A DNA stretch of 64,000 nucleotides from Eledone cirrhosa (taxonomy: Eukaryota), in assembly GCA_964016885.1 (NCBI GenBank), contig OZ024765.1:17236001-17300000 (forward strand), in the 5' to 3' direction. The translations under genes and the position numbers were made by a program. Shown here one piece after another: positions 47,716 through 64,000 of the stretch (within the stretch, counting starts at the first letter, position 1; every line of letters begins with the position of its first letter). The notes under the pieces were generated by a model that saw only the letters and a list, made by a program, of their open reading frames with translations, ran no database searches and had not been told where the DNA came from.

Positions 47716-47803
47716 CTGTAATGCTAGTGATAACACTGCTACTGGTTCTGTCCGTGTTTCTGAAATGAGAAAGAAAATTTATTAACTTCATGCTCACACA
47801 CAC

Positions 47804-47898
<95 letters not shown>

Positions 47899-48059
47899 CA
47901 CCTACATACATATATATATATATATATATATGTATTTATATATATATAGTATTAGAACAGATTAAAAGCTTAAACAAACAATTTCTGCTTTCACCTCAAG
48001 CGGAACTACACACATATACATTTATATATGTATACATATATATATAAATACATACATAC

Positions 48060-48090
<31 letters not shown>

Positions 48091-48111
48091 CACACATTTA
48101 TATATGTATAC

Positions 48112-48142
<31 letters not shown>

Positions 48143-48712
48143 CATATATATAAAGACATTCAAACATATATATATACATATACATACATATATATATACA
48201 TATAAATTCATATATATATATACATATACATACATATATATATACATATACATACATATATATATACATATACATACATATATATAAAATGTACATTCAT
48301 ATATATATACATATACATTCATATATATATATATACATTCATATATATATATATATATACATACATATTTATATATATATATACATATACATACATATAT
48401 ATACATACATATCTATATATACATAAATATATATATATATACATATACATACATTTATATATATATATATACATATACATACCTATATATATATACACAT
48501 ACATACCTATATATATATACATATATATACATATATATTCATACATATATATATATATATATATATACATATATATTCATACATATATATATATATATAT
48601 ATATACATATATATTCATACATATATATATATATATATATATACATATATATTCATACATATATATATATATATATTCATACATATATATATATATATAT
48701 ACATACCTATAT

Positions 48713-48745
<33 letters not shown>

Positions 48746-48751
48746 CATACC

Positions 48752-48785
<34 letters not shown>

Positions 48786-48948
48786 CATACCTATATATAC
48801 ATACATACCTATATATATATATATACATACATATATATATACATACCTATATATATATATACATACATACCTATATATATATATACATACATATATATAT
48901 ACATACCTATATATATATATATACATACCTATATATATATATACATAC

Positions 48949-49012
<64 letters not shown>

Positions 49013-49128
49013 ATATAAGTATATATATACATATACATACACATATATACTTACATATATATATACATATATATATACATATATATATATATATACATAT
49101 ACATACATATATATATATACCTACACAT

Positions 49129-49159
<31 letters not shown>

Positions 49160-49326
49160 AATATAAATATATATATAAATATAAATATATATATAAATAT
49201 AAATATATATATAAATATAAATATATATATAAATAAATATATATATATATAAATATATATATATATAAATATATATAAATATATATATATATAAATATAT
49301 AAATATATATATATATAAATATAAAT

Positions 49327-49359
<33 letters not shown>

Positions 49360-49368
49360 AATATATAT

Positions 49369-49421
<53 letters not shown>

Positions 49422-49448
49422 AATATATATAAATATATATAAATATAT

Positions 49449-49481
<33 letters not shown>

Positions 49482-49508
49482 AATATATATAAATATATAT
49501 AAATATAT

Positions 49509-49541
<33 letters not shown>

Positions 49542-49558
49542 AATATATATATATATAA

Positions 49559-49589
<31 letters not shown>

Positions 49590-49606
49590 AATATATATAT
49601 ATATAA

Positions 49607-49701
<95 letters not shown>

Positions 49702-49874
49702 TATATATAAATATGTATATATATATATATATAAATATATATATAAATATATATATATATAAATATGTATATATATATATAAATATATATATATAAATAT
49801 ACATATATATATATATATATAAATATTTATATATATATATATATAAATATTTATATATATATATATATATATAA

Positions 49875-49913
<39 letters not shown>

Positions 49914-49941
49914 TTTATATATATATATATATATAAATATT

Positions 49942-49976
<35 letters not shown>

Positions 49977-50032
49977 AAATATATGTATATATATATATAA
50001 ATATATATATATAAATATACATATATCTATAT

Positions 50033-50083
<51 letters not shown>

Positions 50084-50271
50084 TATATATATAAATATTT
50101 ATATATATATATATATCTAAATATATGTATATATATATATATATATAAATATTTATATATATATATAAATATATGTATATATATATATATATATAAATAT
50201 TTATATATATATATAAATATATGTATATATATATATATAAATATATGTATATATATATATAAATATATATG

Positions 50272-50421
<150 letters not shown>

Positions 50422-50426
50422 TAAAT

Positions 50427-50475
<49 letters not shown>

Positions 50476-50848
50476 TTTATATATATACATATATATACGT
50501 ATACGTGTTTTGCAACGGGTCACTTTGTGGGCCAAAGAAAAATTAATAAATTAAATAATCAAAGCTATATATCATAAAACATGTCTATAGAATCACAAGA
50601 TAAAATATATACCATTTCATCTCCCAATTAGCATAATTAACTATATAAAAAATCGAATAGACCAGCCTATACGAATGAGGCTTCTATGAAGAAATCTCCA
50701 ACAAATAACCGAAATTAGCCCCTCGCGTCGGCCACAACGGAATATTTATCGAATATTTCGACAGCGTAATCGCCCAGATACAGTCAACTAAACAGAATTA
50801 GGTGTAAAATAAACTAGGAGGATATAGAATACATTTAAATATATATAT

Positions 50849-50915
<67 letters not shown>

Positions 50916-52012
50916 ACACATACATACTGTTCTTGGTTCATGAAGTCTGGGAAAGATTCCAACATACATAAGCCCAGGCGTGTTCTCTATGCAATAAGCT
51001 TAAACAGAAACTGACGCTCCTAACTACCAAATTCATCGAGAGCGAAGCCAATCCTAGTTTACGGGGGTGAAACTTCGACACTTACTATTAAACAAAACAA
51101 AGAAGAAAGGGCCTCGTTGTAACATAAATATCCTTGTTTTATCGAGCTCAAAACATAAACAGCAGGCAGCATAGGCATGCATACATGCCCTCCTGCACTG
51201 CAAGTAGCACTTTGAGCTGGTTCTTTTCACAGTTTCATGGCGTAAAGTGACAGAGAATACAAGACTCCCCCTGGACAGGACGTCAGTCCATCACAGTGTT
51301 AGTTTGTCGCAAGCCTGAAGTCTATAAATATAAATTAGCGAGAATCGTATTTCGGCTATTGGAAATTAGCGAAAAACAATTTCCGAGATGTGTGGCAAGC
51401 GCTCAATAGATTCTGACGAACCAGAGCTACAACATACGTTAAAAGGCCAAACACACTGAGACGATTGTTCTCCGCACAGCCATAGAAACGACCAAGTAAT
51501 TCGGGTCAAACAAATAAAAAAAATATGATTGAAAAATTTACTCGGATCCCTGGATGGTTGGTAAAAATGCAGCATTTGGGTTTCTACGACTCCTAAATCA
51601 AGTACTGTCCGCTTAGACAAATAATGTTAAGCTTTTGGTAAGATGATTGAACAAGGAGGTCACTTTCTCAACATGTTTTAGAGGTATGTATGTATGTATA
51701 TGTACATACATATATGTATACAGACGCACAGTAGTATGTATATATACACATACATATATATATATGCACGTATCGGTTATATATATATATATATACACGT
51801 ATCGGTTTACCGAGCATTTATTATAATACTCGGTTTGTTTGTAAACAAACAAACAGCCCGAATTATGCCGTACAATATATATAAAGGTAGAACACTGGAA
51901 CATAATATCCGTAGTGGTAGATCACTCAGTCCATGAGACAATATATATATAAGTAGTAACACGACAGTTAGTTCACCATAGTTCGGTATGGTGAACTAAC
52001 TGTTGTTACTAC

Positions 52013-52055
<43 letters not shown>

Positions 52056-52092
52056 TATATACATATATATATATATACATACATATATATAT

Positions 52093-52705
52093 GGTGGCTG
52101 CCAACTCGTTTTCGAGTACGGCCACTACTTTATATCCATGTAGGAGAACCCCTACCGATGCGCTGAACGAATGTGACTTTTTAGTCCAGCCAGCGACTTG
52201 AAAACTCTGGTACAAAGACTACACTTGTGACCATTATTGACACATAGTGCAGGGCCCATGGTACCATGTGATGACAAGTGCAGAGAGATCTCCAGATATA
52301 AAGCAATGCCTGTGCTGTGAAGCTTTTATAGTGAGCAAAGGCACTGCACAAAGCCAGTCCCACTCTCTTAACCAAGATGATATTTACCAAAAAGAAGAAC
52401 AAGTCAACATCATTGGATACCATCAGGGTTGCAGGTGTTATATCAGAGTTTTCCTTCTCCTAGAATTCTGCCTTGACAAAGGCTAAGGGGTCATCTCTCC
52501 CAGTGATTTTGGATCGCTATTGACTCTTAAGAGCTCCCTTGCCCTTTGACAGGTTTTGTTTTTAGTCCTGCAGGATGTCCAAAGTCACCCTCCTCACCAA
52601 GAAACCTTGGTGGGGTTGCCAGTTTAGTCGCCAACGACCCGACCATGAGACAGGTTGTACTGGGATACATGTTACCAGTAGCACCAACTGGTGACCTGAC
52701 ATAAC
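52093..52705 (-). mobile_element. RTE-derived non-autonomous retroelement, longest copy (about 610 bp)
   Basis: 5' part contains CTAGGAGAAGGAAAACTCTGA, which resembles RTE 5' UTR sequence. 3' part encodes [23 protein letters not shown]. No RT between them. Confidence 0.8.
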
Positions 52706-53019
52706 ATATATATATACATATATATATACATATATATATACATACATATATATATACATATATATAAATATATATATATACATATATACTTATATATATA
52801 TATAAATATATATATATATACATATATACTTATATATATATATAAATATATATATATATACATATATACTTATATATATATATAAATATATATATATATA
52901 CATATATACTTATATATATAATATATATATATACATATATACTTATATATATATAAATATATATATATATACATATATACTTATATATATATATAAATAT
53001 ATATATATATACATATATA

Positions 53020-53052
<33 letters not shown>

Positions 53053-53263
53053 TTATATATATATATAAATATATATATATACATATATACTTATATATAT
53101 ATATATAAATATATATATATATACTTATATATATATATAAATATATATATATACATATATACTTATATATATATATATAAATATATATATATACATATAT
53201 ACTTATATATATATATATAAATATATATATACTTATATATATATATATAAATATATATATATA

Positions 53264-54760
53264 TTTCGTTTCTAAATTTGTTTAGCAATATTCTTTATCT
53301 GAAAACGTGTGTTGAAACCGATATTGTTATACTTTGGGAGGGTCATGTTGCCCATAAGAAACACACGCACCAGATACTTTCACTTCAATTTATTATAATA
53401 AATATATAAATTTAGGAATTTATAAATTTCCGGTTGGTTGGTTGGTTCCGCAATTGAATAATAGGTAGTATGGATGTCGTGTCCCTGTGTCCATCTATTG
53501 ACGTGGATTTTGCTGTGGAGAAATGCTTAGAAATGATCAGTGAGAGCAATGTTGAGTTCCGTGGGATTGATACCAGTGAGCTGGGACTCCTACTTAAACT
53601 TACCTATAGTAATAATTATCTAGACACATATGACTTTAGCAACCTGTGTCCTATAAGACCAGCAAGAGGCAAACCACTTACCATTACCTCAATGGCCAAG
53701 AAAACCCACACAGATAGATGGAACGGGTGGACCAGAGCCATACGGACCTCCGAAAACCACGATGAACTAAAGAAAATGATTGCACATGCGGTTGGGGCCA
53801 GCATAAAATTAACCCTTAAGGAACATGTGTTCAAATTTAATGGAAAAACATATGCCCAAGAGGAGGGAGCAGCCATTGGTGTTAGCATTGCAGCCGACAT
53901 AGCTAACTTATTCATGGTATGGTGGGACAGTAGACTTAAACTTAAACTTAAAGAACAATTAGAAGACCCCTTAACCCTGATAATGTACTCCCGCTACGTT
54001 GATGATATAAACATCGTAGTTAAAACACCCCCACTAGAGAACAGTCAGGAATTAGAGAAAAACACAATGGAAAGCATCCAGCAAATAGCTAACTCCATCC
54101 ACCAGAGTATTAGAGTTACTATAGACTACCCAAGCAAACACCCCAACCATCGTTTACCTGTACTAGACACAGAGCTCTGGTTAGATACCATTAATAACAA
54201 AAAACAAATCCTCCATTCCCATTATGCCAAACCCATGACTTCCAAATATCTGATCCACCGAAACTCAGCTGTTTCGGACCATACCAAAATGAACATACTG
54301 ATTGCGGATTTGGTACGGGTGATGAGAAACGTGTCCCGCATGTGCAACCCCGAAGAACTAGAGAGACACATACAACACTTCATCCAGCGTATGCAGTTCT
54401 CTAGTTACAATCAGAGAGATAAAATCAGAGTATATAGAGGAGCCAGAACCAAATGGGAAAAAATGGTAAATAATGACACAAATGGCACCTGCCCCTTGTA
54501 TAGGAGCAAATTTTGGAATAGAATAGAAAGAACTAGGAATAAGGCTAATAGAATAAATTCATGGTATGATAGCAATAAATACCAGAGTGTAATGTTCATC
54601 GATACAACCCCTAGAGGTGAATTAGCTTACAAATTTAGAAGGGCCCTAGATAAACATAAACTCAATATTAAGATAGTAGAAAGACCAGGTAGAATTCCCA
54701 AAACTAATCAGATCAGAGCAAACAACACGGACACTCTATCTCAAAATTATTTTTGAAAAG
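53264..54760 (+). mobile_element. Penelope-like element: inverted pseudo-LTR (53264-53456) plus RT fragment (ORF 53470-54756)
   Basis: MDVVSLCPS, QEEGAAIG, ANLFM, RYVDD, LPVLD, YAKPM and KIVERPG. No GIY-YIG domain follows. The upstream segment is the reverse complement of the pLTR at 58860-59000. Confidence 0.88.
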
Positions 54761-54965
54761 CATTAGAAATGCGCAACCAGTAAAAACTTAAAACCAAAAC
54801 TGAATACTAACCAATACAATTACTAATTCTCATTTATTCCTAATTAAACTATTTTTCACTGTGAACAATTTGTCAGCATTTTCTATTCCGTTTACCAATA
54901 TATAATAACTTGTGTATTACACCTCTATTCTTTTAACTATATATACATATATATATATATACATA

Positions 54966-55005
<40 letters not shown>

Positions 55006-55044
55006 CACATATATATATATATACACATATATATATATATACAC

Positions 55045-55075
<31 letters not shown>

Positions 55076-55124
55076 CATATATATACACATATATATATAT
55101 ATACACATATATATATATATACAC

Positions 55125-55237
<113 letters not shown>

Positions 55238-55240
55238 AAT

Positions 55241-55279
<39 letters not shown>

Positions 55280-55436
55280 TATATACATATATATATATAT
55301 ACATATATATATACATATATATATATATACATATATATATACATATATATATATATACATATATATATACATATATATATATACATATATATATACATAC
55401 ATATATACATATATATATATACATATATATATATAC

Positions 55437-55529
<93 letters not shown>

Positions 55530-55558
55530 TATATATATATACACATATATATATATAA

Positions 55559-55615
<57 letters not shown>

Positions 55616-55681
55616 TATATAAATATATATATATATATACATATATATATAAATATATATATATATATACATATATATATA

Positions 55682-55749
<68 letters not shown>

Positions 55750-55750
55750 A

Positions 55751-55781
<31 letters not shown>

Positions 55782-55782
55782 A

Positions 55783-55849
<67 letters not shown>

Positions 55850-55940
55850 AATATATATAAATATATATACATATATATATATATAAATATATATAAATAT
55901 ATATACATATATATATATATAAATATATATATATATAAAT

Positions 55941-56007
<67 letters not shown>

Positions 56008-56156
56008 CATATATATATATATACATATATATATACATATATATATATATACATACATATATATATACATATATATATATATACATATATATATACATAT
56101 ATATATACATATACATATATATATACATATATATATATATATACATATATATATAC

Positions 56157-56203
<47 letters not shown>

Positions 56204-56545
56204 CATATATATAAGTATATATATATAAGTATATATATATATAAATATATATATATAAATATACAATATTACAATATTAAATAAATGGAAACTATATTTA
56301 TAAAACCATATTTATTTCATTATATATATTTCAGGGATAACATATTAACAATATGCTATGCCTTCCTCAGACAAAATACAATATAAACAGTCTTATAGAT
56401 AAATAGATTCGACATACCGTAACAACATCTACTTGCATTTGAGAAGGTTGATTTGAACTTTCCATATATATAAATATATATATATAAATATTTATATATA
56501 TAAATATATTAATATATATATATATAAATATATATATATTTAAAT

Positions 56546-56574
<29 letters not shown>

Positions 56575-56576
<2 letters not shown>

Positions 56577-57178
56577 AATATATAAATATAAACGGAAAAA
56601 ATGAAACGAAATTTCATTTCTCACTCATAGTACGGCTGTTACTTAAATATAAGTATGTATACGTACATACATATATGTATACAGACGTACAGTAGTATGT
56701 ATATATATATACATACATGCACACATATATATATGTACGTATGGATTCACCGAACATTTATTATAATGCTCGCTGTGTTTGTAAACAAACATCCCGAATT
56801 AAGCCGTACAGTGTCTAGCAACCATCGTTGCTCGTTTGTTTAACACTGACAAAGGAACGCTGTACTAGTTTCCAGCTTATTAGCTATCCAACAAACGAGC
56901 AACGATGGTTGCTAGACACTGTACGGCTTAATTCGGGATGTTTGTTTACAAACACACCGAGCATTATAATAAATGATCGGTGAATCCATACGTACATATA
57001 TATATATATGTGTGCATGTATGTATATATGTATATATATATATATATATACATACTACTGTACGTCTGTATACATATATGTATGTACGTATACATACTTA
57101 TATTTAAGTAACAGCCGTACTAAGAGTAAGAAATGAAATTTCGTTTCATTTTTTTCCGTTTATGTTTATATATTTATA
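56575..57178. repeat. Long palindrome (arms of about 260-285 bp, spacer of about 50 bp)
   Basis: Arms 56581-56840 and 56890-57175. A diverged single arm lies at 51680-51875. Confidence 0.9.
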
Positions 57179-57549
57179 TATATATATATATATTAACATA
57201 TATACATAATATATGTATGTAAGTGTGTCAGCACGTATGTATGTGTGTGTGTGTGGGGGGGGGGGGGGTACGTCTGTCGATTTGGAAGATGTAGCTATTT
57301 TTGGCAGTAACAGGAAACAGACGGTTACGGAGAATGGAATTCATATGTTTTTGTGTATATATATTTATATTCATATATATAAATTTATATATACACACAC
57401 ACGCGCACACACATATATACACAGATATACACACACAAGCATATATATATAAACACATATATATATACACATATACACACAGATATATATATACATACAT
57501 ATATATATATATATACATACATATATATATATATATACACACACATATG

Positions 57550-57588
<39 letters not shown>

Positions 57589-58015
57589 ACATATGTATAT
57601 GGACACATATATATACATATATATATATACACACACACATATATATATATACACTCATATATACACACACATATATATACACACATATATATACACACAC
57701 ATATATATACATATATATATACACACACATACATATATATATATATATACATATATATACATATATATATATACATATATACACACACATATATATACAT
57801 ATATATATACATATATATATATATACACACATATATATATACACACATATATATATATACACACATATGTATATATACACACATATATGTAGATACATAG
57901 AAAGAAATAATGAGAAGGACACACATACGTGAGTACACACACACACAAACACACACACACACACACGCATACACACACAAACACACATACACACACGCAT
58001 ACACACACACACACA

Positions 58016-58140
58016 CGGCGGCCAATGGTTTATGATATCGGTTCCGTCTCGCTACTCTCGGAGTTCAAATCCCCCCGAGGCCAACGTGGACTTTCATTCT
58101 TTTGAGGTCGATATAAAAAGTACCAGTATTGTACTGAGGT
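58016..58140 (+). mobile_element. Diverged SINE family A-related copy
   Basis: GGAGTTCAAATCCCCCCGAGG...CTTTCATTCTTTTGAGGTCGAT...AAGTACCAGT. Confidence 0.7.
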
Positions 58141-58530
58141 CTGTTCTAACTTCCTCTGGAACAAATCTGCTGTACTCAGGCCTGGAGAGGGATGGCCTCC
58201 GCCAGGCTTAAAATGGCCAAGAAACGCCGCATGACAATACGGTTCCCCTACGACTCTATCAGGACATACAGGAACATATATACATACAAATATACATACA
58301 TGTTGCGGACAAAAAGAGCAGCTCCCTAATTCATAGTCTACAAATGGCTGCGATAGCTGGGACCTTCAAAATTTGCAAAACATTCTTGCGATTCAAGGGA
58401 TGACAATTTCTTTTCTTTTACAACCTTGCCACCAGGAAGGTGGCGGGTCAAAAAAATATACTCGAAATTAAGAGAAAGATATATATATACATACATATAT
58501 ATAAATATATATGCGTACAGAAATATACAT

Positions 58531-58599
<69 letters not shown>

Positions 58600-58602
<3 letters not shown>

Positions 58603-59000
58603 CGTTTCTGAATTTGTTTAGCAAGTTTCTTTATCTGAAAACGTGTGTTGAAACCGATATTGTTATACTTTGGGAGGGTCATGTTGCCAATAAGAAACAG
58701 ACCCTCCAGTTGCTTTCACTCCAATTTATTATAAATTAAAAAATTTATGGCGTAGGACAGAACAAAGGAGAGGCACAAAACAAAGAAAATAATCCCCAGT
58801 CACTGAAGAGGTCACAGATGTGTGACGAAAGAACTTTGACAATATATGAACAACTGTCCGGTTGTGGAACCAACCAACCAACCGGAAATGTTTAAGACAT
58901 CTTTTTTGAAAAAAATTTATAATTTATAATAAATTGGAGTGAAAGCAATTGGTGCGTGTGTTTCTTATTGGCAACATGCCCCTCCCAAAGTATAACAATA
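58600..59000 (+). mobile_element. Penelope-like solo pLTR with inverted 3' copy (fold-back)
   Basis: 58658-58735 is inverted relative to 58920-59000. Same family as 53264-53456. Contains a hammerhead motif. A more diverged copy lies at 59040-59270. Confidence 0.82.
58799..58840 (+). ncRNA. Minimal type I hammerhead ribozyme
   Basis: GTCA-CTGAAGA-G-GTCACA(GATG)TGTGAC-GAAA-G(AA)C-TT-TGAC. Stem I, core, stem II and a minimal stem III are all present. Confidence 0.75.
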
Positions 59001-59263
59001 TATATATAAATATATATATATATATATGTAAATATGTAAATTGTTATACTTGGGGAGGGTCATATTGTTGTAATAATATGTTTGGTTGGTTTTCGCTTCT
59101 GTATCTTTTATATCAGTTAATTCATTCGGTCCTAAATGTTTACCATGAAGCGAAAACCATGCAAACTGTTATTAATTCTGGCAATATTATTACAACAATA
59201 TGACCCTCCTCAAGTATAACAATATTTGTTTCAAAACACGATTTCATATCAAAAACCTCGCAA

Positions 59264-59338
<75 letters not shown>

Positions 59339-59394
59339 GTGAGGTTTTTTTTTACAAAATGAAAAATAACCGAGGTGTCCTACACGAGTGGAAG

Positions 59395-59788
59395 TATAAA
59401 GAAAAAGGGATGAAATCGAAAATGCAACTGAAGTCTTATTTTTTTAAAAAATATATATATTTATTTGGTTCCTTTACCGGTTTCGCAGTTCTTCTGCTTT
59501 TCAAAAGGTGAGTTGAGATGGAGGGTCTGTGGTTTTTCTCACATCTGGTTGGTCTCTAAATGTTACTTGTTTTATATGGAAAAAGTGGCTCGAAAAAAAA
59601 GCCACTTTTTCCATATAAAACAAGTAACATTTAGAGACCAACCAGATGTGAGAAAAACCACAGACCCTCCATCTCAACTCACCTTTTGAAAAGCAGAAGA
59701 ACTGCGAAACTGGTAAAGGAACCAAATAAATATATATATTTAAAAAAAAAATAAGACTTCAGTTGCATTTTCGATTTCATCCCTTTTT

Positions 59789-59795
<7 letters not shown>
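59395..59795. repeat. Near-perfect palindrome (196-bp arms, 9-nt loop) of a pLTR-like sequence with a degenerate hammerhead in each arm
   Basis: Arms 59395-59590 and 59600-59795. Motif CCTT-TTGAAAA-GCAG(AAGAA)CTGC-GAAAC-(C/T)G-GTA-AAGG. Confidence 0.9.
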
Positions 59796-59837
<42 letters not shown>

Positions 59838-59841
<4 letters not shown>

Positions 59842-60277
59842 CTAAAATAACAGATTAAAGTTTAAGCAAAGAATCGCTGCTTTCACACTTAACGGGGTCT
59901 CTATGCACCACCTAAGAGAACATTAGTCTACGATCTCTTTTATACCATAAACGTGGTTCTGTCTCTGCGCGTAATTGTTTTTCACCGCTCCTATTAATGA
60001 CGTATTATTCGTTTTTCCCGTTCTTTGCCAGCGAACCAAAGTATCGTCTTCCTGTCTTCCTCTGGTTGCAACGTTTTTTCAAATATCCACTTCTGCGTTT
60101 ACCGATTGACTTTGTTAGTTTCAGAAGATCCCGTTAAGGGTGAAAGCAGCGATTCTTTGCTTAAACTTTAATCTGTTATTTTAATAAATATTTGCTCTAC
60201 GGTTCTTATATATTTGATATATATTTATCCTTATCGATCCCTCTTTGGATTTTAGTCTTCAAATTTATTATTATTAC

Positions 60278-60280
<3 letters not shown>
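59838..60280. mobile_element. Fold-back element with inverted ends of about 60 bp (59838-59900 and 60126-60189); other pieces at 20115-20220, 60880-60915 and 62401-62470
   Basis: AATAACAGATTAAAGTTTAAGCAAAGAATCGCTGCTTTCAC and its reverse complement. Confidence 0.7.
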
Positions 60281-62897
<2,617 letters not shown>

Positions 62898-63765
62898 TAT
62901 ATAAACGCTAAAGAACGAGAAACAAGACTGTCGGTTACTTTCGTTGTTGTTGTGGCTGTTATTGCTGTTGTTGTTGTTGTGGCTGTTATTGCTGTTGTTG
63001 TTGTGGTTGTTATTGCTGTTTTTGTTGTTGTAATTGATGTTGTTGTTGTTGTGACTGTTATTGTTGTGGTTGTTATTGGCGTTGTTGTTGTTGTGACTGT
63101 TATTGCTGTTGTTGCTGTGACTGTTATTGCTGCTGTTGTTGTTGTTGTGACTGTTATTGCTGTTGTTGTTGTGACTGCTATTGCTGCTGTTGTTGTTGTT
63201 GTGGCTGTTATTGCTGTTGTTGTTGTGGTTGTTATTGCTGTTGTTGTTGTTGTAATTGATGTTGTTGTGACTGTTATTGTTGTTGTGGTTGTTATTGGTG
63301 TTGTTGTTGTTGTGACTGTTATTGCTGTTGTTTTTGTGACTGCTATTGCTGCTGTTGTTGTTGTTGTTGTGACTGTTATTGCTGTTGTTGTTGTGACTAT
63401 TATTGCTGTTGTTGTGACTGTTATTGCTGTTGTTGTTGTGACTATTATTGCTGTTGTTGTGACTGTTATTGCTGCTGCTGTTATTGTTGTTGGTAGTGCA
63501 GTTATTATTGCACGCGTTTTTATTTTTGTCGTCTTTTGTTACTGCGGTTGTTTTTTTTTGCTGTGTCATTATTATTGTCATTGTTGGTATTGTTGTTGTT
63601 GCTGTAGGTGTGGTCCGGGTATGAGCTACAAATCTACATGTCATACTCAATAACATTTAGCATTCCTTAGTTTGTGTTTCACCAAATGGTAACAAATATA
63701 CTCGTTTGCATATACACACACGCGCACACACACACACACACACACATGTATATATATATATACAA

Positions 63766-63798
<33 letters not shown>

Positions 63799-63831
63799 CA
63801 AACACACACATACATATATATATATATACAA

Positions 63832-63866
<35 letters not shown>

Positions 63867-63869
63867 CCA

Positions 63870-63902
<33 letters not shown>

Positions 63903-63909
63903 CCAACAC

Positions 63910-63940
<31 letters not shown>

Positions 63941-63947
63941 CCAACAC

Positions 63948-63978
<31 letters not shown>

Positions 63979-64000
63979 CCAACACACATACATACATATA

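Noticed and set aside
59465-59725. Two nearly identical 74-aa ORFs on opposite strands
   Set aside because: A by-product of the palindrome.
60120-60160. CAGAAGA-TCCC-GTTA-AGGG-T-GAAA hammerhead-like string (also at 62403)
   Set aside because: The core reads CAGA rather than CTGA in both copies and stem I is unclear, so it is not called as a ribozyme.

Overview
AT-rich, repeat-saturated animal genomic DNA. The SINE repertoire and (TA)n load suggest a cephalopod such as Octopus; this is inference. About half the window is (TA)n/(TACA)n microsatellite, which explains nearly all long ORFs in the track, and there is one 200-N gap. Only one host gene is supportable: a two-exon minus-strand gene (46820-46466 joined to 42441-41954, 280 aa). 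It looks like a secreted activin/inhibin-beta-type TGF-beta PRODOMAIN that stops exactly where the furin site and cystine-knot ligand should begin. The rest is mobile DNA: two internally deleted mariners; a 5'-truncated CR1-like LINE; RTE fragments and a bipartite RTE-derived non-autonomous element; R4/Dong-like and CRE-like endonuclease fragments; a Penelope-like RT; two tRNA-derived SINE families; and SINE- and LINE-derived tandem arrays. A recurrent structure is the set of fold-back (palindromic) Penelope pseudo-LTR remnants from several unrelated families, most carrying a minimal hammerhead ribozyme motif and most embedded in (TA)n tracts.
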